NCBI GenBank assembly: GCA_963575745.1
Contig: CAUYUJ010000192.1
Coordinates: 620,001-666,079, forward strand
Direction: 5' to 3'
DNA length: 46,079 nt
Source of the DNA: Prorocentrum cordatum
Taxonomy: Eukaryota
A program made the translations under genes and the position numbers. Below the pieces are notes generated by a model that was not told the origin of the DNA, did not search any database, and saw nothing but the letters and a program-made list of their open reading frames with translations. This document shows, in pieces, positions 1 to 14,200 of this stretch (position 1 is its first letter; each line of letters starts with the position of its first letter).

Positions 1-639
1 CAGGAGACCTGGCCGTTGAGGCACTTCCTCGAGCCGCCTTCCGCTGCTTGACGCTCGACCGACGGAGGCGGAGGCGATGGATCGACCTGCAGCAGCGAGG
101 GCGCCCCGAAGCTTGCGACCCCCGGGACTTCCTGGAGCACCTCCAGCACCCGCGGCGGCCGAAACCTATTTTGCTGCCAGGGAGGCGCCGCTCACTTCCA
201 CCCGGGCGCCGCTGTCCGCTTCGCCGACCTGGAACTGCGCAAGAGAGCGCGCGTCGTCACAGCAGGCGCAGGGACACTTCGACATCTGCAGGCTGACGGT
301 CATGGTGGTCATCCTGGCGCATCGACCGCACGCGCGCGTTCTTCTCGCCGGTCGAATGGACGCCCATCCTCCGCATTTCCTAAGCGCCCTTCAGATCGTC
401 AATCCAGGCGCTCATGTCCACGATGCCCCTTGGGCCTGAGTGCCGCCCGACACGTGGAACTAGACACCACCGCGGCCTCCCCGATCGGGTGATCGAGTGT
501 GTCGCGGCGGAAACCGTGGCGCCCCCTGACTGCGCCCTACTGGATACTGGCGGGGTGCCCGCGCACGCCTCGGTCCGAGGAGCTGGACACCAACGCGGCG
601 CACTACCCCACCGGGGGGGAAGCCGCGCCCCTGCTCGCC

Positions 640-1520
640 TCAGCCCAGCCAGACGCCAGGGCGCAATCGTGCACGTCGCGCTGCATGCCGTGGTACTGCC
701 TGACCTTGTAGAACCAGGCGCCGAAGGGGGCGCTGGACCACGTCAAGGCGGACATCGTGGTACTACTGCACAGAACGGGAACCCAGGCAGCGTCCGACCA
801 CGCCCAGGCGGGCACTGTGGCAATGCTCGACACATCCGCGCCAGCCACCAGCAAAGTGACCGCGCATGTTGCGCTGGACACCGTGGTGCCGCTTGACCCC
901 GTAGAACAAGATACCGACGGGTGCTCGGCCACGCCAGGCGGTCACCGTGGTAGCCCTAGTCTCCGACCACGCTGAGGTGGGCACCGCGGCACTCGCCCGA
1001 CTCCATCAGATACCCGCGAAGTCCTCGAACGCTTCGAGCTGGACACCGCGGCCGGGGTCGACACCGTTCTGCCGGACCCAAACGGGGTCCTCGTCCACGT
1101 CGAGGCGACGTCGTAGTCTGCGTAGAACTAAGCGCCCACGTGATGCTCGACCACATCGAGGCGGGGACTGCGGTACTGCTCGATTCCGCCGAACCAGATA
1201 CAAGATTGGCGCTCGAGCACGTCATGCTGCACGTCGTGGTCCTGATCGGGTCTGAAGCGCGGGGCACCGACGGAGTGCACGACCGCACCGAAGCGCGCGC
1301 CGTGGCATTGCTCGACGGTGGCGAGCTGGAGACCGATACAATGTTCGTTCACGCCGATTGGGGTTTCGTGGAACTGCTCGACTCCACCGTGCCCGATGAT
1401 TGCGCGGAGATCGAACAAGCAATGCTGGACCCCTTGGCACTGCTTAAATTCGTGGAGCACGGCGCGGTCGGAGTGCTCGACTACGCCGAAGGGGACACCG
1501 TGGCGTCAGCGTGGTACTGG
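640..1520. repeat. Degenerate ~33-bp minisatellite (reads LDHAEAGTVVL-like on +)
   Basis: Recurrent ctcgaccac-gaggcgggcac-gtggtactg variants; 11-aa periodicity in ORFs 757-975 and 1140-1712. Confidence 0.6.
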
Positions 1521-1599
1521 ACACCAACGCAGTGTGCGTCCACGCCGAAGTGCACACCGAGGCAGCCCAACGCTGCACCGACACTCCTGTCCAGAGCCG

Positions 1600-2150
1600 C
1601 GGGGCCCGACTCAGCTGCGACAGCGCGAAGGCCACGCACCCGACCAGCGCAGAGACCGATCTGGTCACACTCCCGTAGTTACGCGCCGCCCCAACGACAC
1701 GCTGAGACCTGAAAGCGACACGCTTGAATGTCACACGTCTGCTGGATACGGCGCTGCAGCTCCAGATGCCCTCGGCTCGCGGCGGGGTCCGACTCGGCTG
1801 CGCCGGCGCGAGGGCCGCACACATGACGAGCGCAGAGACCGAACTGCTCGCATTCCCGTGGTTATACGCTGCCCCAGCAACACGCTCAGATCATGTAGCA
1901 ACACGCTTGATTGTCGTACGCCTGCTGGATGCTGCGCTGCAGCTCCAGATGCCGTCGGCTCGCGGCGGGGCCCGACTCGGCTGCGCCAGCGCGAAGGCCA
2001 CGCACACGACCAGCGCAGAGACCGAACTGGTCGCACTCCCGTGGCTGAACGCCGCCCCAGCGACACGCTCAGATGTTGAAGCGACACGCTCGATTGAAGT
2101 ACGCTTGCAGGACACGGCGTTGCAGCTCCAGTGGCCCTCGGCCCGGCGAG
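1600..2150. repeat. 183-bp tandem repeat, 3 copies
   Basis: ccgactc(a/g)gctgcg at ~1606, ~1789 and ~1972; 61-aa repeat visible in ORF 1724-2212. Confidence 0.9.
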
Positions 2151-2527
2151 CCAGAACCCCCGCCCTCGCAGGCGTCAGGCCGTGGCTCAGCAAGCCTGAA
2201 AGCGACACCTGAGCCCAGGGGTATGCGCATCCGCTCGCGAGCGGGACCCGACGCCCGCGCAGGCGGACCCGGGAATTCGGGTCTCAGGCGCATGCACTCC
2301 CTCGCCCCAGGCGCATGGCACCCTGCCCGCGCGGTGGCGGCGGCTCTGAGTGAGGGGGGCTTGGGGGGGCTAGCCTCCCCTACAGCAGTGCCGCCGTAAC
2401 GAAGAGGGAGTGTTGCGCCAGCAGCCGTTTTGGGCCAAATTTGATCCCAGACAGGAGCCGTCGAGCTCCCTTAAACGTTTCCTGCCACCTGCCATACTCC
2501 CGTGCAACTTGGTAAACCAAAGAGCAC

Positions 2528-3267
2528 ATCCATCATCGTCGTCGTCATCGTCATCGTCATCGTCATAATCATCAGCATCAGCATCACCATCAACATCGAT
2601 ATAAGCATCAGCATCAACATCATCATGGTCCCCCAACCCTTCTCCTCCCTCCTCGATGCTCCTCCTCCTCCTCCTCCTGCTCCTACACTTCCTCCTCCTC
2701 CTCCTCCTCCTCCATCTCCTCCTCAGCCTTCCGTGATTATCCTCCACCTCCTCCTCCTCCTCCTCCTCCTCCTCCTCCTCCATCTCCTCCTCAGCCTTCC
2801 GTGATTATCCTCCACCTCCTCCTCCTCCTCCTCCTCCTCCTCCTCCTCCTCCTACTCCGTTCCCGCCTCCCTCATCGATCCGCCTCCTCCTCCGATCTTC
2901 GTCCTCCTCGTCCCTCGATCTTCCTCCCTCGATCCTCCTCCTCGTCCCCCTCCTCCTTGCATCCTCCTCCTCCTCTCCTCCTCCTCCTCCTCCTCCTCCT
3001 CCTCCCTCCTCTCCTCCCCTCCAGCCCCCAAGCGCCCTTCGGCGCTCCCAGGCGATCCCAAGCCTCCTCCTCCGACTCGTCCTCCTCGTCCTCCTCGTCC
3101 TCCTCCTCCCCTCCTCCTTCTCCTCCTCCTCCTCCTCCTCCTCCTCCTCCTCCACCCCCTCCTCCCCCTCCTCCTCCTCCTCCTCCTCCTCCTCCTCCTC
3201 CTCCTCACTCGATCCTCGTCCTCCTCCTCCTCCCTCGATCCTCCTCCTCGTTCTCCCCCTCGATCCT
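2528..3267. repeat. (ATC/GTC)n followed by (CCT)n microsatellite tract
   Basis: Seen directly; includes a duplicated cagccttccgtgattatcctccacc spacer. Confidence 0.95.
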
Positions 3268-3626
3268 CAGACGGGAGAGGGCTCCACAATTCGCGCACGT
3301 CACGGACACCGACGCCGCTGCACAGGCAGCGAATGCCGCCGAACGCAATGTTCACTGGTGCTGCGCCTGAAACTGAATGAACTGTGTGGCGCACGAAGAT
3401 GGATGGAACGGACATGAAAATAACCAACTACGACTACGCACAGTGGATTGGAACGCGCATCCCACTCGCTTACCCGATGCTGATGAGCCAGATGCCCAAA
3501 AGCACCCAGAAGGATGCTCTGCACGAGTCGATCGACAACACCGCACGTATACAAGTCCTGATTGACACGCATAGCAACAACGAATCGAAGGAAACGTTAT
3601 CGTTATCGAAGCGTTCCCCCACAAAC

Positions 3627-3668
3627 CTCAGGGGTGGTCACGCCCTTCTCCATCATCTCAGATGTCAC
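3627..3668 (-). CDS. Exon 10: VTSEMMEKGVTTPE
   Basis: gaaccag|GTG ACA TCT GAG ATG ATG GAG AAG GGC GTG ACC ACC CCT GAG|gtttg; phase 0/0. Confidence 0.85.
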
Positions 3669-5183
3669 CTGGTTCGGCATGGGCAAACAAAGAAATACGT
3701 TCCGTCTACATTGCATCCCTCTAGCAACGACCATGACATAAGTTGAATATGGTTGGCTCTGAACATCCGACAGCGTACATAATGAATCTTGCTGATTGTG
3801 CGACGCCGTGCGCAATTTCCATGCTGCACACTCCTAGACACGTGCCAACGTGCAGTGTGGCAAACACCCTGAACGTAAGCCTGGTGCACAGCCATGCATC
3901 AGTCCGCTCTCTGCGAAGGAACGGCGTCCAAGCAAGCTGGAGGCGAGCTCAGACAGTATGAGGCTGGGTAGAGGCAAGCCAAAGTCGGGCGGAAAGCAAA
4001 CTGAACGCAAGCGCGAAGCATTCGGCGGGCCAGGAGCTGAGACCCCCAGGCCCCCCGCCTGACCCCGCCAGGGCCCAAGTGGGCCCCAACGTGGCCCCAA
4101 TGGCCTTCCGCCCGGGCTCGAGCCTCCGTCAGCCACTTCACAGCTTCCTTGCCTGTTGACCGCCAGCCTGTGCGGATCATCTCGGGAAAACAACAGCTGT
4201 TTGGGCTGCTCGCCGTTGCGCTGTGAGACATACCATTTTGGTCAGAAGTTTGTCCCACCTTGGCAACTGCGCGTCCCCGTACGCAACGTGCACACGTCAT
4301 GACAGCGTGCCTTCGCACGTCCGCGCGCAAATGCATGCACTCATGCGTACGGCGTGGCGTGCGTACCCGCGCGACTGCTTCTGCTGCGAGCAGTACGCGC
4401 CAAATGCACATGAGGCATACATGGAAACATGCGTGCGCCCAGTCATGAGTGACTGAAATCTTGACTTATGCATACGCGCTACACTTGCGATTTCCCAGTA
4501 GCGTCTTGGATCGAGCACACACACACACACACGCATGTGCCGATCAAGATACTATGTGCACATACACGTACACGTCGGTCGGAAGGAGCAGGTAGAAGCA
4601 TGAAGTAGGAAGGCGGATATAGTGGATTGGGTCCAGGTCCTCCCAGAGAACAACAAAACACAGCAAAAGCATGCCGATTCTTGAAGTAGGAAGGCGCTTG
4701 AAGTAGATTGGGATCTGGAAATCCAAAAATACCTACTTTCAACGACCGGCGTGTAATATTCTGCACGCATGTGCAGATCATTATATGCACGCGCACGCCT
4801 GCGCGTACACGCAGCGTGCACAAATCAAACTACTTGTTGCCCGTTGCCTGGGCCGCCCCTCCCCCTCCCGTACCGTCCTGACTCGCGCCTGGCGCCCTCT
4901 GGGATTAGCCAGGGGGACCCCCATTCCCACATGGCGACTGCGGCGCAAATTTGCTGACCCTGTCTGCGAGGCGGGGATTTCTCCATATCCACCGCCTGGG
5001 AACCGACGTCCTGGTGCCCCAGCGGGCGGCGGATGTGGATATATGTCGGCCCCCGGGGGCCCGAACATGTCCATATCCACCGCCTGCCGAGGCTCCAAAA
5101 ACTGAACCTCCAGGGCGGTGGTCATGCATAAATCCCCGCCTCGGACTGCCGGCGTGTGGAAGACGCTGTTCTGTTCGACTCGA

Positions 5184-5214
<31 letters not shown>

Positions 5215-8200
5215 GCCGCCGCCGCCGCCGCGTTCAACCCCACTCTTCCCTGGGACCACCGCCGCTCCCCAGCCTTCACACCGGGCCCTCTTCCTCCGCA
5301 CGCGGGCCAGCCAGAGCGAAACCGGAGCGAAACTGGAGCCACGTCGCTGCCGGGTTCGGGGAGGGTCCAAGGAGGGCCAGGGAAAGGTCCCCGGGGGGGA
5401 TCCGCGGGGGACGTGCTGCGGGGGTCCTATATGGGGGGGGATCACAGGTCAGAATGCCCTCCTCCCCCAAGGACAGCCCAAGAGGCCCCCGAGACCGTCC
5501 AAGAGGGCCCCGAATCGGCCAACAATCGGTCCAAGACGCCCAAGATGGCCTCTTGACAGCCCAAGCTGCTTCCAAGACGCTCGAAGGGGCCTCCAAGAGC
5601 ACGCCAAGAGAGCCCCAACAGGCCAAGTTAAATGATTCCCTTCAGGGTTTTGAGAGATTCTGGCGTTCTCGCCTTTTCGGCTTCCAGACGCCCCAAGACG
5701 GCCCAAGATGCCACCAAGATCGGCACAAGAGGCCTCCAAGAGGTTTCCAAGACGGCCCTAAAATGACCCAAGAGGGCCCCAAGACGGCCCAAGAGGCCCC
5801 CAAAACGGCTCAAAGAAGGCGCCCACACGGGAGCCCGAACGAACAGTTCGAGCCCTCGGCCCCGAAAGCTCCCAGGAGGCCCCGAGAGGCCCCCAAGAGG
5901 CCCCCACGAGGCCTGAAGAGGCCCCCCGGAAGCCCGAAGGGACCCCCAAGAGGCTCCCACGAGGCCACCAGGATGCTCCACAAATGCTCCCAAACTGTCC
6001 TCCCAGAGGCCTACGATCGCGCTCCGAAGAGGCCCCACGAAGTATCCCTGAGGACTCTGCCCCACGTCAGCGCGTCGTCGCCGCCGACGCCACCGTCGTG
6101 GTCGTCGTCTCCCTTCAGGGGTGGCGGCACTGGCCGTAAGGTCTTCCCAATCGCAATGATACCGCTCTCCCCTCCCCTCCAGGCAACGCCTGTCAGCACC
6201 AGAGGATGCACAGAAACCTACTCGTCTAGGGAACTGTGCGCAAAACACCGCACAAGGTTCAGAGTGAGGACATTGAACATGATAGCTGAACAAAGGAGGA
6301 CGCCACCCAATCCCCAGGGCATGTGCCTGTCACATTCTCGGACTCTAGGCACCCTGTTCATGCTACGAGCCGTCGCGCGCCTGCAGATTGCGGCGAGGCC
6401 GTGCATATTGCCCTGGCTCGTGGATTGTGCCCACACCCAAGCCCCACCAAATCGCAACAGACGTACTCATGGGCATGTGAGGAAAGGGCTGCAACAACAA
6501 GAAGCAACATAAGTGGCACCTTCAGAATCTGCTGTGCGGGCTCGTCAGTGAAGAATACCTTCGCGCTGAGATCTAAACACACCAAAGCACAGCACGAGCG
6601 CTCTGGCCCAAGCATATGCCTTTGTCTCGCACGAGGTATGATGTCGGACCTTACAGGCAACTTTAGCGGCTGCGATCGTACGTCAGAGAGCTCCTCCGTG
6701 CCAGCCTCGCAGCTCACCGCCGCGTGAGGGCAGCAGGCAAGGACAGCTCTACAGCTGCGAAGGGGCCACCCCGACGGAAGGAGCGAGGATCAGTGCTCCT
6801 GGTGCGTGGCGCGGGACGACCTACCCATCAGAGCACCTCGGCGAGCGCAGTTAAGACTCCGCGCAACCCCCAGTCAGGGGGCCACTCATGGGAGGTCTTC
6901 GTCAGCACGAGCAAGGGCTATGAAACCCGATTCGGGGCACACTGAGCCGGGATTGGGCCGGATTACGCCTGGGGTTCGTCCAGACTGAGCACGAGCAACT
7001 GAGCCAGATCAACCAGGAGTACAAGCCAGATCAAGCGGGACGACGTTGGACGGTTTTCCCTGGGGCCGTAGGCGACCCGAGGAGGGGGAGGGCAAGGAGG
7101 AAAGGAGGTGGAGGAGGAGGAGGAGGAGGAGGAGGAGGAGGAGGAGGACGACGAGGACGAGGAGGAGTAGGAGGAGGAGGAGTAGGGAGGAGGAGGAGGG
7201 GAGGAGGAGGGGGGGGAGGGGGAGAGGAGGGGGGGGGAGGAGGACGAGGAGGAGGAGGAGGAGGAGGAGGAGGAGGAGGAGGAGGACGGGTCGCCGAAGC
7301 CCTTCGGAGAAACTCTCCAAACGACGCCGGATCGGGCCAGCTTTCGGCCAGGGATCCACCACCACCGATTCTGCCTTTCACCTCCCAGGAGCTGCACCCC
7401 GGCCCCAGCGCAGAGGCCGCCCCTGTCGCGGCGCGGCGGCGCAGGCACGTGGCGGAGACCGCGCCGCAGGCTGGGCAGCCACGGCGGGCGAGGAGGAGGA
7501 GGATAGATAGGGGGCTCGATAGGGGGGGGGAGGGAGGAGGAGGAGGAGGAGGAGGAGGAGAGGAGGAGGAGGAGGAGGAGGAGGAGGAGGAGGAGGAGGG
7601 GGAGGAGGAGGAGGAGGAGGAGGGGGAAGGAGGAGGGGGAGGGGAGGAGAGGGGGAGGGGGAGGTGGAGGAGGAGGAGGAGGAGGAGGAGGAGGAGGAGG
7701 AGGAGGAGGAGGAGGAGGAGGAGGAGAAGGAGGAGGAGGCGGAGGAGGAGGGGAGGAGGAGGGGGAGGTGGGGGAGGGGGGGGTGAGGAGGAGGGGAGGA
7801 GGAGGAGGAGGAGGAGGAGGAGGAGGAGCAGGAGGAGGAGGAGGAGGAGGAGGGGAGGAGGAGGGGGAGGGGGAGGAAGAGGGGGAGGGGGGGAGGAGGA
7901 GGAGGAGGAGGAGGAGGAGGAGGAGGAGGAGGAGGAGGAGGAGGAGAGGAGGAGGAGGAGGAGGAGGAGGAGGGGGGAGGAGGTGGGGGAGGGGGGAGGG
8001 TGAGGAGGAGGGGAGGAGGAGGAGGAGGAGGGGAGGAGGAGGAGGAGGAGGAGGAGGAGGAGGGAGGAGGAGGAGGAGGAGGGGCTGGAGGAGGAGGAGG
8101 AGGAGGAGGAGGAGGAGGAGGAGGAGGAGGAGGAAGAGGAGGCCTCTCGACGGCTTCTTGGGGCCCTGGGGACCGAGCCGGGTCGCGGAACAGCCGCCCC

Positions 8201-11200
8201 TCCGCGCCTTGCTCGCCCGACATCGGGCACCGCGCCCCGCGAGGCTGCGGGCGGGCGGGTTCTCGTCGCACCCTCACGCCCCCGCGCCTCCGCGCGCCCT
8301 GTAGCAGGGCAGGCGCTCGTCGGGTGTTGTTAGAAGTGCCCCTGGCCCGAGGTGCCCCCAGCTTTTCGCTCCATGTTGGAGCCCCAGTGGCCCTCTGGGC
8401 CTCGTGATGGGGTGCTCTGGAGGCCGGCTGGGCCACCCCGAGAATCCTGGGGGCACCTCGAGCCAGGGGTACTTCTAGCAGCACCCGACTCTTCGCGCCC
8501 CCGCGGCAGGAGGGCCCAGAAGCGGATCGAGGAATCGGATGGGCGACGGAACGGACTCGGTTCGGCGGGGCTCGGCAGCCGAGCGGGGAGAGGAGCCGCA
8601 TCGGCGGAGATCGGCAGGCTACTAATAGGCCTCCAATCGATGGGAGATCGGAATCCGAGCCGGCATCCAAAGCCGAATCGAGTCGGAATCGGCGGCCATC
8701 GGGATCGGAACGGATCGAATCGGAGGAATCGGAACGAGCCCTGCCACGGGGTGACCCTGGTCATTCTTTTCATTCCAGCTCCTGCCCCCTCGCGGAAGCC
8801 CGGGGGGAGGAGGAGAGGCAGACGGACCGTCGGACCTGCCTCGCTTCTGACCGCCCGCGCGCCCGAGCAGAAACCGGAATGGACGTGAGGCTGCCCGTGG
8901 GGTGGCCCGCAACAGCCGGGCGGCTTGGCGAGGAGGCGCGGGGCATGCCGTGGTTCTGCCTGGAAGCGAAAGCGGGGTATGGCAGGTTCGTGTCGCGACG
9001 ATCTCTGCGTTGACTTCGGTCGGGCGTGTCCTCCTACAGGCGGATTTGGAACGGAAGATCAACAACAAGTCAACAAGTACTCCAAAACTGCGCAGGGACA
9101 GTTCAAAAGCGTCGTCCCCTGACTATCTTTGGACTGCTTTTGAATACTCCTCCTGGAGGGGGGCAGGCCCGACTGAGGCGTTGACTTCTGACGCCGCGTG
9201 GATCGCTCCACCTCTGCACGATCGGCGCCTCTTGGGGCGGGCGATCCGGGGCCACCCGCGGCGTTTGCCGCCTTGCAGCAGAAAGCCCCCGCGGCGGGGC
9301 CGCTGCCACGTCGGAGCGGCACGAGCCTCCCGTGGGCACCTCACCCCGTGGGAGGAGCACCTCACCAGCCTGACCTCTCGGCCCTTGCTCTGGAGGTAGG
9401 CAAGGGGTAATTGGCAGCGAGGGGTGTGGTGCTAATTCTATGTCAGGGGGAATGCGGCGATGTGATTGATCGCAGATAGAATCGCCGTTTCCACGATTGG
9501 CACCATACCCCTTTATTTAAGGGATGAAAAAACGACCCTACCCTGGGTTACAAGTGCGTGGTCTGTAAACCTCCTGGGACCCCCCAAAGCCTAGAGCCGC
9601 CAGGGCGCGGCACATCACGCAGGGTTTACCCTGTCAGCCCACAGGAGTTTCAGCGCACAGCGCCTCGTAAACCAAGGTAGGGGCGTTTTTCATGCCCTCG
9701 ATTTATGCCACACCCCCTTCCAACCTCTCGTCCCTGACGGCAAATTCACGTCCTGCGGTGGTTCCTGACACCGCGGGGACCGTTCCACCTTGAACGATCT
9801 GCCGTTTCCGAAGCGTCAGAACATTCAACACCGACCGATTCTGGGCCGCCGGCGGCCAACGTTGATCGGCGGCGAGCCTGGGGGGAACTGAGAAGGAGAA
9901 GGCCTTCTCAGAAGGTTCGGAAGTACCCCGGCATTATGAGAAGTCTGAGCACTCCCCGAAGGCAAAAAAAAATCTCAGAAGGCGCGAGGGCGTCCGAGAA
10001 GTCCAGCCACCTTCTGAGAAGCCTTCTCCTTTTCATGTTTCCCCCCTCGCTCGCAGGCGAGTTGAACGCCAGCGTTGGGTCGGGCATCTCCCCCTGCAGG
10101 GGGACTTTGGACAACACACAAAAAAGAGACAAACAAATATTCAGACATAGCCAAACAGAGTGGAACAACAAAAAAAAGCGTCCCCTGACTGTGTGTTTAC
10201 TGCTCTTGAAGACTCCTCCTGTAGAGGGACAGGCCAGATGTAACGCCAGCGGCGGGGTCGCCGCGGGTCGGCACGAAGCGGACCGCTGCCGCACACGGGG
10301 CGCAGCCGAGCTGCCCAGAGCGGGCTGCGGCAGCGCGCAGAGCGCGGAGGACGGCGCTGCGGGGGGCGCTTCGCGGAGGGCGATGGGGGGGGCGAGGGGC
10401 TCGTTTCCCGCCGCCACCACCAGAAGTAGGAGGGGGAGGCGGTCCTCCTCCTCCTCCTCCTCCTCCTCCTCCTCCTCCTCCTGATACGAGAACCCCCACT
10501 CCTCCTCCTCCTCCTCCTCCTCCTCCTCCTCCTCCTCCTTCCTCCTCCCTCCTCCTCCTCCACCTCCTCCCTCTCCTCTCCTCCTTCCTCCTCCTCTCCT
10601 CCTCCTCCGCCTCCCCTCCTCCTCGTCCTTCTCTTGGTCCTCCTCCTCCTCCTCCTCCCCCTCCTCCTCGTCCTTCTCTTGGTCCTCCTCCTCCTCCTCC
10701 TCCTCCTCCTCCTCCTCCTCCTCCTTCCCCCCTCCAACCTGGAAGGCAGGCCCAGCAGGGGGGCGCCCTAGCAGCGAGGCGCCCCGACGCGAGAACTGGC
10801 CCCACCAGGGCGGCGAGCGAGGGGGGGGTAGGACAGGACTCGGCCCTGCGCGTGTGGGGGGTGATACGGTAATGGGACGCACAGAGACATACTAATGCTA
10901 TATGTCCTCCTTGGAGGCGCGCGTCCGACCCGAGCATATAGTATACCCATCTTGTAGTACATCGTTTCCCGAGCGGTGTGGCCAGAAAGCGCACGCCGCG
11001 ACGCATATACTACAAGATTTCTCGGTGCGCGCATCGCCCCTGGGGGGGCGACGCACATACAGTATAAGTATGTTGGGGTGATGCCGATAAAGGGAAACAA
11101 TTACTGAACACTCCCCCTCCCCCCAAACTCAATGTTGGCACGCGCGGGGGAGACCGCGGTCGAAGTGCACCTCATCGGACCCGCCGCCAACCTTGAACAT

Positions 11201-14200
11201 TGGGGGGAGGGAGGCGTCGACGGATGAATGTGGCATGTGTTCGCTAATTTGTTCCGAAGCCTGTATGCACTCGTGCAAACTGCTACCTCCAGCGAGTGCA
11301 TCACTACTAATACGAGGGGGGGAAGCGAGGGGGAGGAGGCCTCCTCCGAAGGCCGCGGGACTTCTCAGAGGCACCACGGCCTTCTGAGAAGTGAATGCTG
11401 TCTTGGGGGAGGGATCCGACAACTTCTCAGAAGGCCGGGGGATCTCCGAGCCTTCTGAGAAGGCCCGCCCCTTCTCACTCCACCCCGGGCTCGTCGCCGA
11501 TCACTGGTTCGGGCAGAGCCTCCGCAGACGAGCGGTCGCATACCATCGCCGTGCGGTACCGCCCGCAGGGGACCGCTCGCGAGCCCTGCCCCTGCCCCCC
11601 ACGACTTCTGAGGGGGGGAGAGGGGGGAGGTCCACGTCGCTCGGGAGCTCCCGAATTCAGTGAGCCCCCCCCCCCTCCCCCTCAGAAATATCGTGGGGGG
11701 TTAGGGGCAGGGCTCGCAGAATGCCCCCCGCAGCCCCGAAGGGCGCACGTCTGGCGGCCGCCCCGCCGCAACACTAGAGGAAAGAGAACTATGCACATAC
11801 ACCGATTCTGGCCAGGACCATCCTGAGCCCAGGATCGGTGCATACGCCCTCTTTCCTTGGCCAGGAAGGTATATGCACCGATCCTGGGTCAAGGATGGGC
11901 GTTGTCAGGATCGGTGCATGTGCATAGTTCCCTTCGCCCGAAACACGCGCGCACGCACGCCGGGCGGCCGCGGCCCCCCGCGCGCAGCCTCTCGGGCCAG
12001 AGGCGGCGCCCGTGCGCGCGCGGACGGGCCCGCCGACGCGCTGCGCCGGGCAGCGCGCGGCCCGCCGCCGCGGTGCTGGGCGCAGGTCGCACGACACCTG
12101 CTCTGCAAGTCGGGCGCGTCCCCCCACAGGGGGAATTTTCGACGAACAAAAAAAAATACCCCCAAAAATGCTCCAGAAGGGTCAAAAAATACCACAACAA
12201 AAATCCCCAGACTATTTTTGTTGGACTACTTTTGCATATTCCCCCTGCAGAGGGACGGGCCCGACTGAACACTTGCTGTTTTCAACCCGCGCCGCCTCGG
12301 GCACGGCACTGACCCGGAGCGGGTCCCCCAAAAAAGCTCAGCAGCTCCCTGCCGTGCTGCCGCCCTGGCACGGCGGTGAAACTCCGCGCGGGCGGCTGGA
12401 TCCGTTGACCGTTCGAGCAGCAAGCGCACCAAGCCACGGTGCGCTGGAGAGAGACCGCCTTCCGACTGCTACAACGGCTGCTGGAACAGATCCGTGAGGG
12501 GACAACTTGCAGGTGACAACCAACTGCCCTCTGTCCGCGAAACTCTAGGAACTGAGCATTGTCGCTTTGGGGTCTGAGCCTAAAGCGAACTACGCAGCCC
12601 GCTGTATCCACCTGTCTGGTGGTAAGAGGCGGACGATGAGGAGCTACCTACAGGGGAGACTATGGAGGAGGAGGAGGAGGAGGAGGAGGAGGAGGAGGAG
12701 GAGGAGGACAGGGGAAGGGGAAGCGTAGGAGAACGACAGGGAGGAAGGGGGGCCGACCTAGAGATGAGGCTTTGGAGAAAGCTGACTACCAGCTGGCTGC
12801 GCACTCCGATCTACCAACCAGCAATTGGCGGTAAGCGAGGGGGGGAAGTGAGAAGGAGAAGGACCTCTCAGAAGGCTGCAGGGCTTCTCAGAAACCGTCG
12901 CGCCTGCTGAGAAGTTTGTTGTCTTCGGGAAGGCTTGGACAACTTCTCGGAAGGCCGGGAGACTTCCGAACCCTCTGAGACGGTCTTCTCCTTTTCACTT
13001 CCCCCCCTCGCTGGCCGCCGAAACAAAAAAGCAGCGGGCGAGAGGACGTTCCCCAGGCCGTCCACCGCGACGGCGCGGACCTCAACCTGGCATCGCCGGA
13101 GAGGGGACAACTTATGGGCAACAGCGCCGGAACGAGGCATCAGGAATACGGTGGCATCCGTGCATCAAAAAGTAAGTACAGGCAAACATCGGGGGTTGCT
13201 AGAGGTGCCCCTGGCCTCAGGTGCCCCCAGCTTTTCGTTCGACATGGAAGCCCCTGGGTCCTCGGGGCCTCGTGAAGGGTGCTCTGGAGGCCGTTCAGAC
13301 CTCCTCGGGAGTCCTGGGGGCACCTTGGGCCAGGGGCACTTCTAGCAACACCCGAAAAAAAGGCAGCCACCAGATCAGGGAAACCGAAGAGGAATAGGCC
13401 GACGACATCCGACACCAGAGACGTCGTCGGAAGCCAGTTGGACCCGAATGGTGAGCGTCGGATCCGAAGGGTCCGCCGATGATCGTCTGCATCGGCCATG
13501 GCCGGCACAGGTCCACAAAAGCAAGGTCCCCACCAAGAAAATACGACATGTAAGATGTGGCCATGACCTGTCTGGCAGACTGGTCAATAACGCGCGGGTA
13601 TTATGTGATGTGTGCTGCGTTGAAGTGGTACTCATGACGAATGGCATTCAACTATAAAGATCATGGCGCTTGATCGAAACTGTACTGAGCAAACTCACAT
13701 CGCGGCCTTACGCGGTCGTTTGCGAGAGTCCCTTGCTCGTCGCGCTGCGTGGAACTGCATCGCGTACGCTCGACCTTGAACGGAAATAGCTCACGTGAAC
13801 GACCAAGCAAGTGGACAGCTTGTGTCACGTAACTCACGCCACATGGCCCCTGATGAAAGCACGACACGGAAGAAGGTTGACACCGGTATGAGTGTGGGAG
13901 TACGCTGCTCTTGATTACCAAATAGCCTCCAATATAATGTTCCCAAACTCGTTCGTGGCATGTAGAATGAAGCATCGCACTATCCATGGTGGTCTGCGTT
14001 AAGTTGGCAGCATCCACCCGACTGTTCAAGATAAGACATCAACACATGAACCGATTGAATTCACGTCTCGACTACGCGTTAGTGTATTTTCTTGTGGTGG
14101 TAACACAAGAGTATGAATCGCGTGATGTGTACAGGTATGGGTAGGACGATGTGTACAATATTCTAGACATGTCCTCGTGGACAAAGTACAGCCTGCAAAG

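Noticed and set aside
2421..2439. SL-like gcagccgttttgggccaaa on the + strand
   Set aside because: It lacks the terminal AG and is followed by microsatellite rather than a coding sequence.
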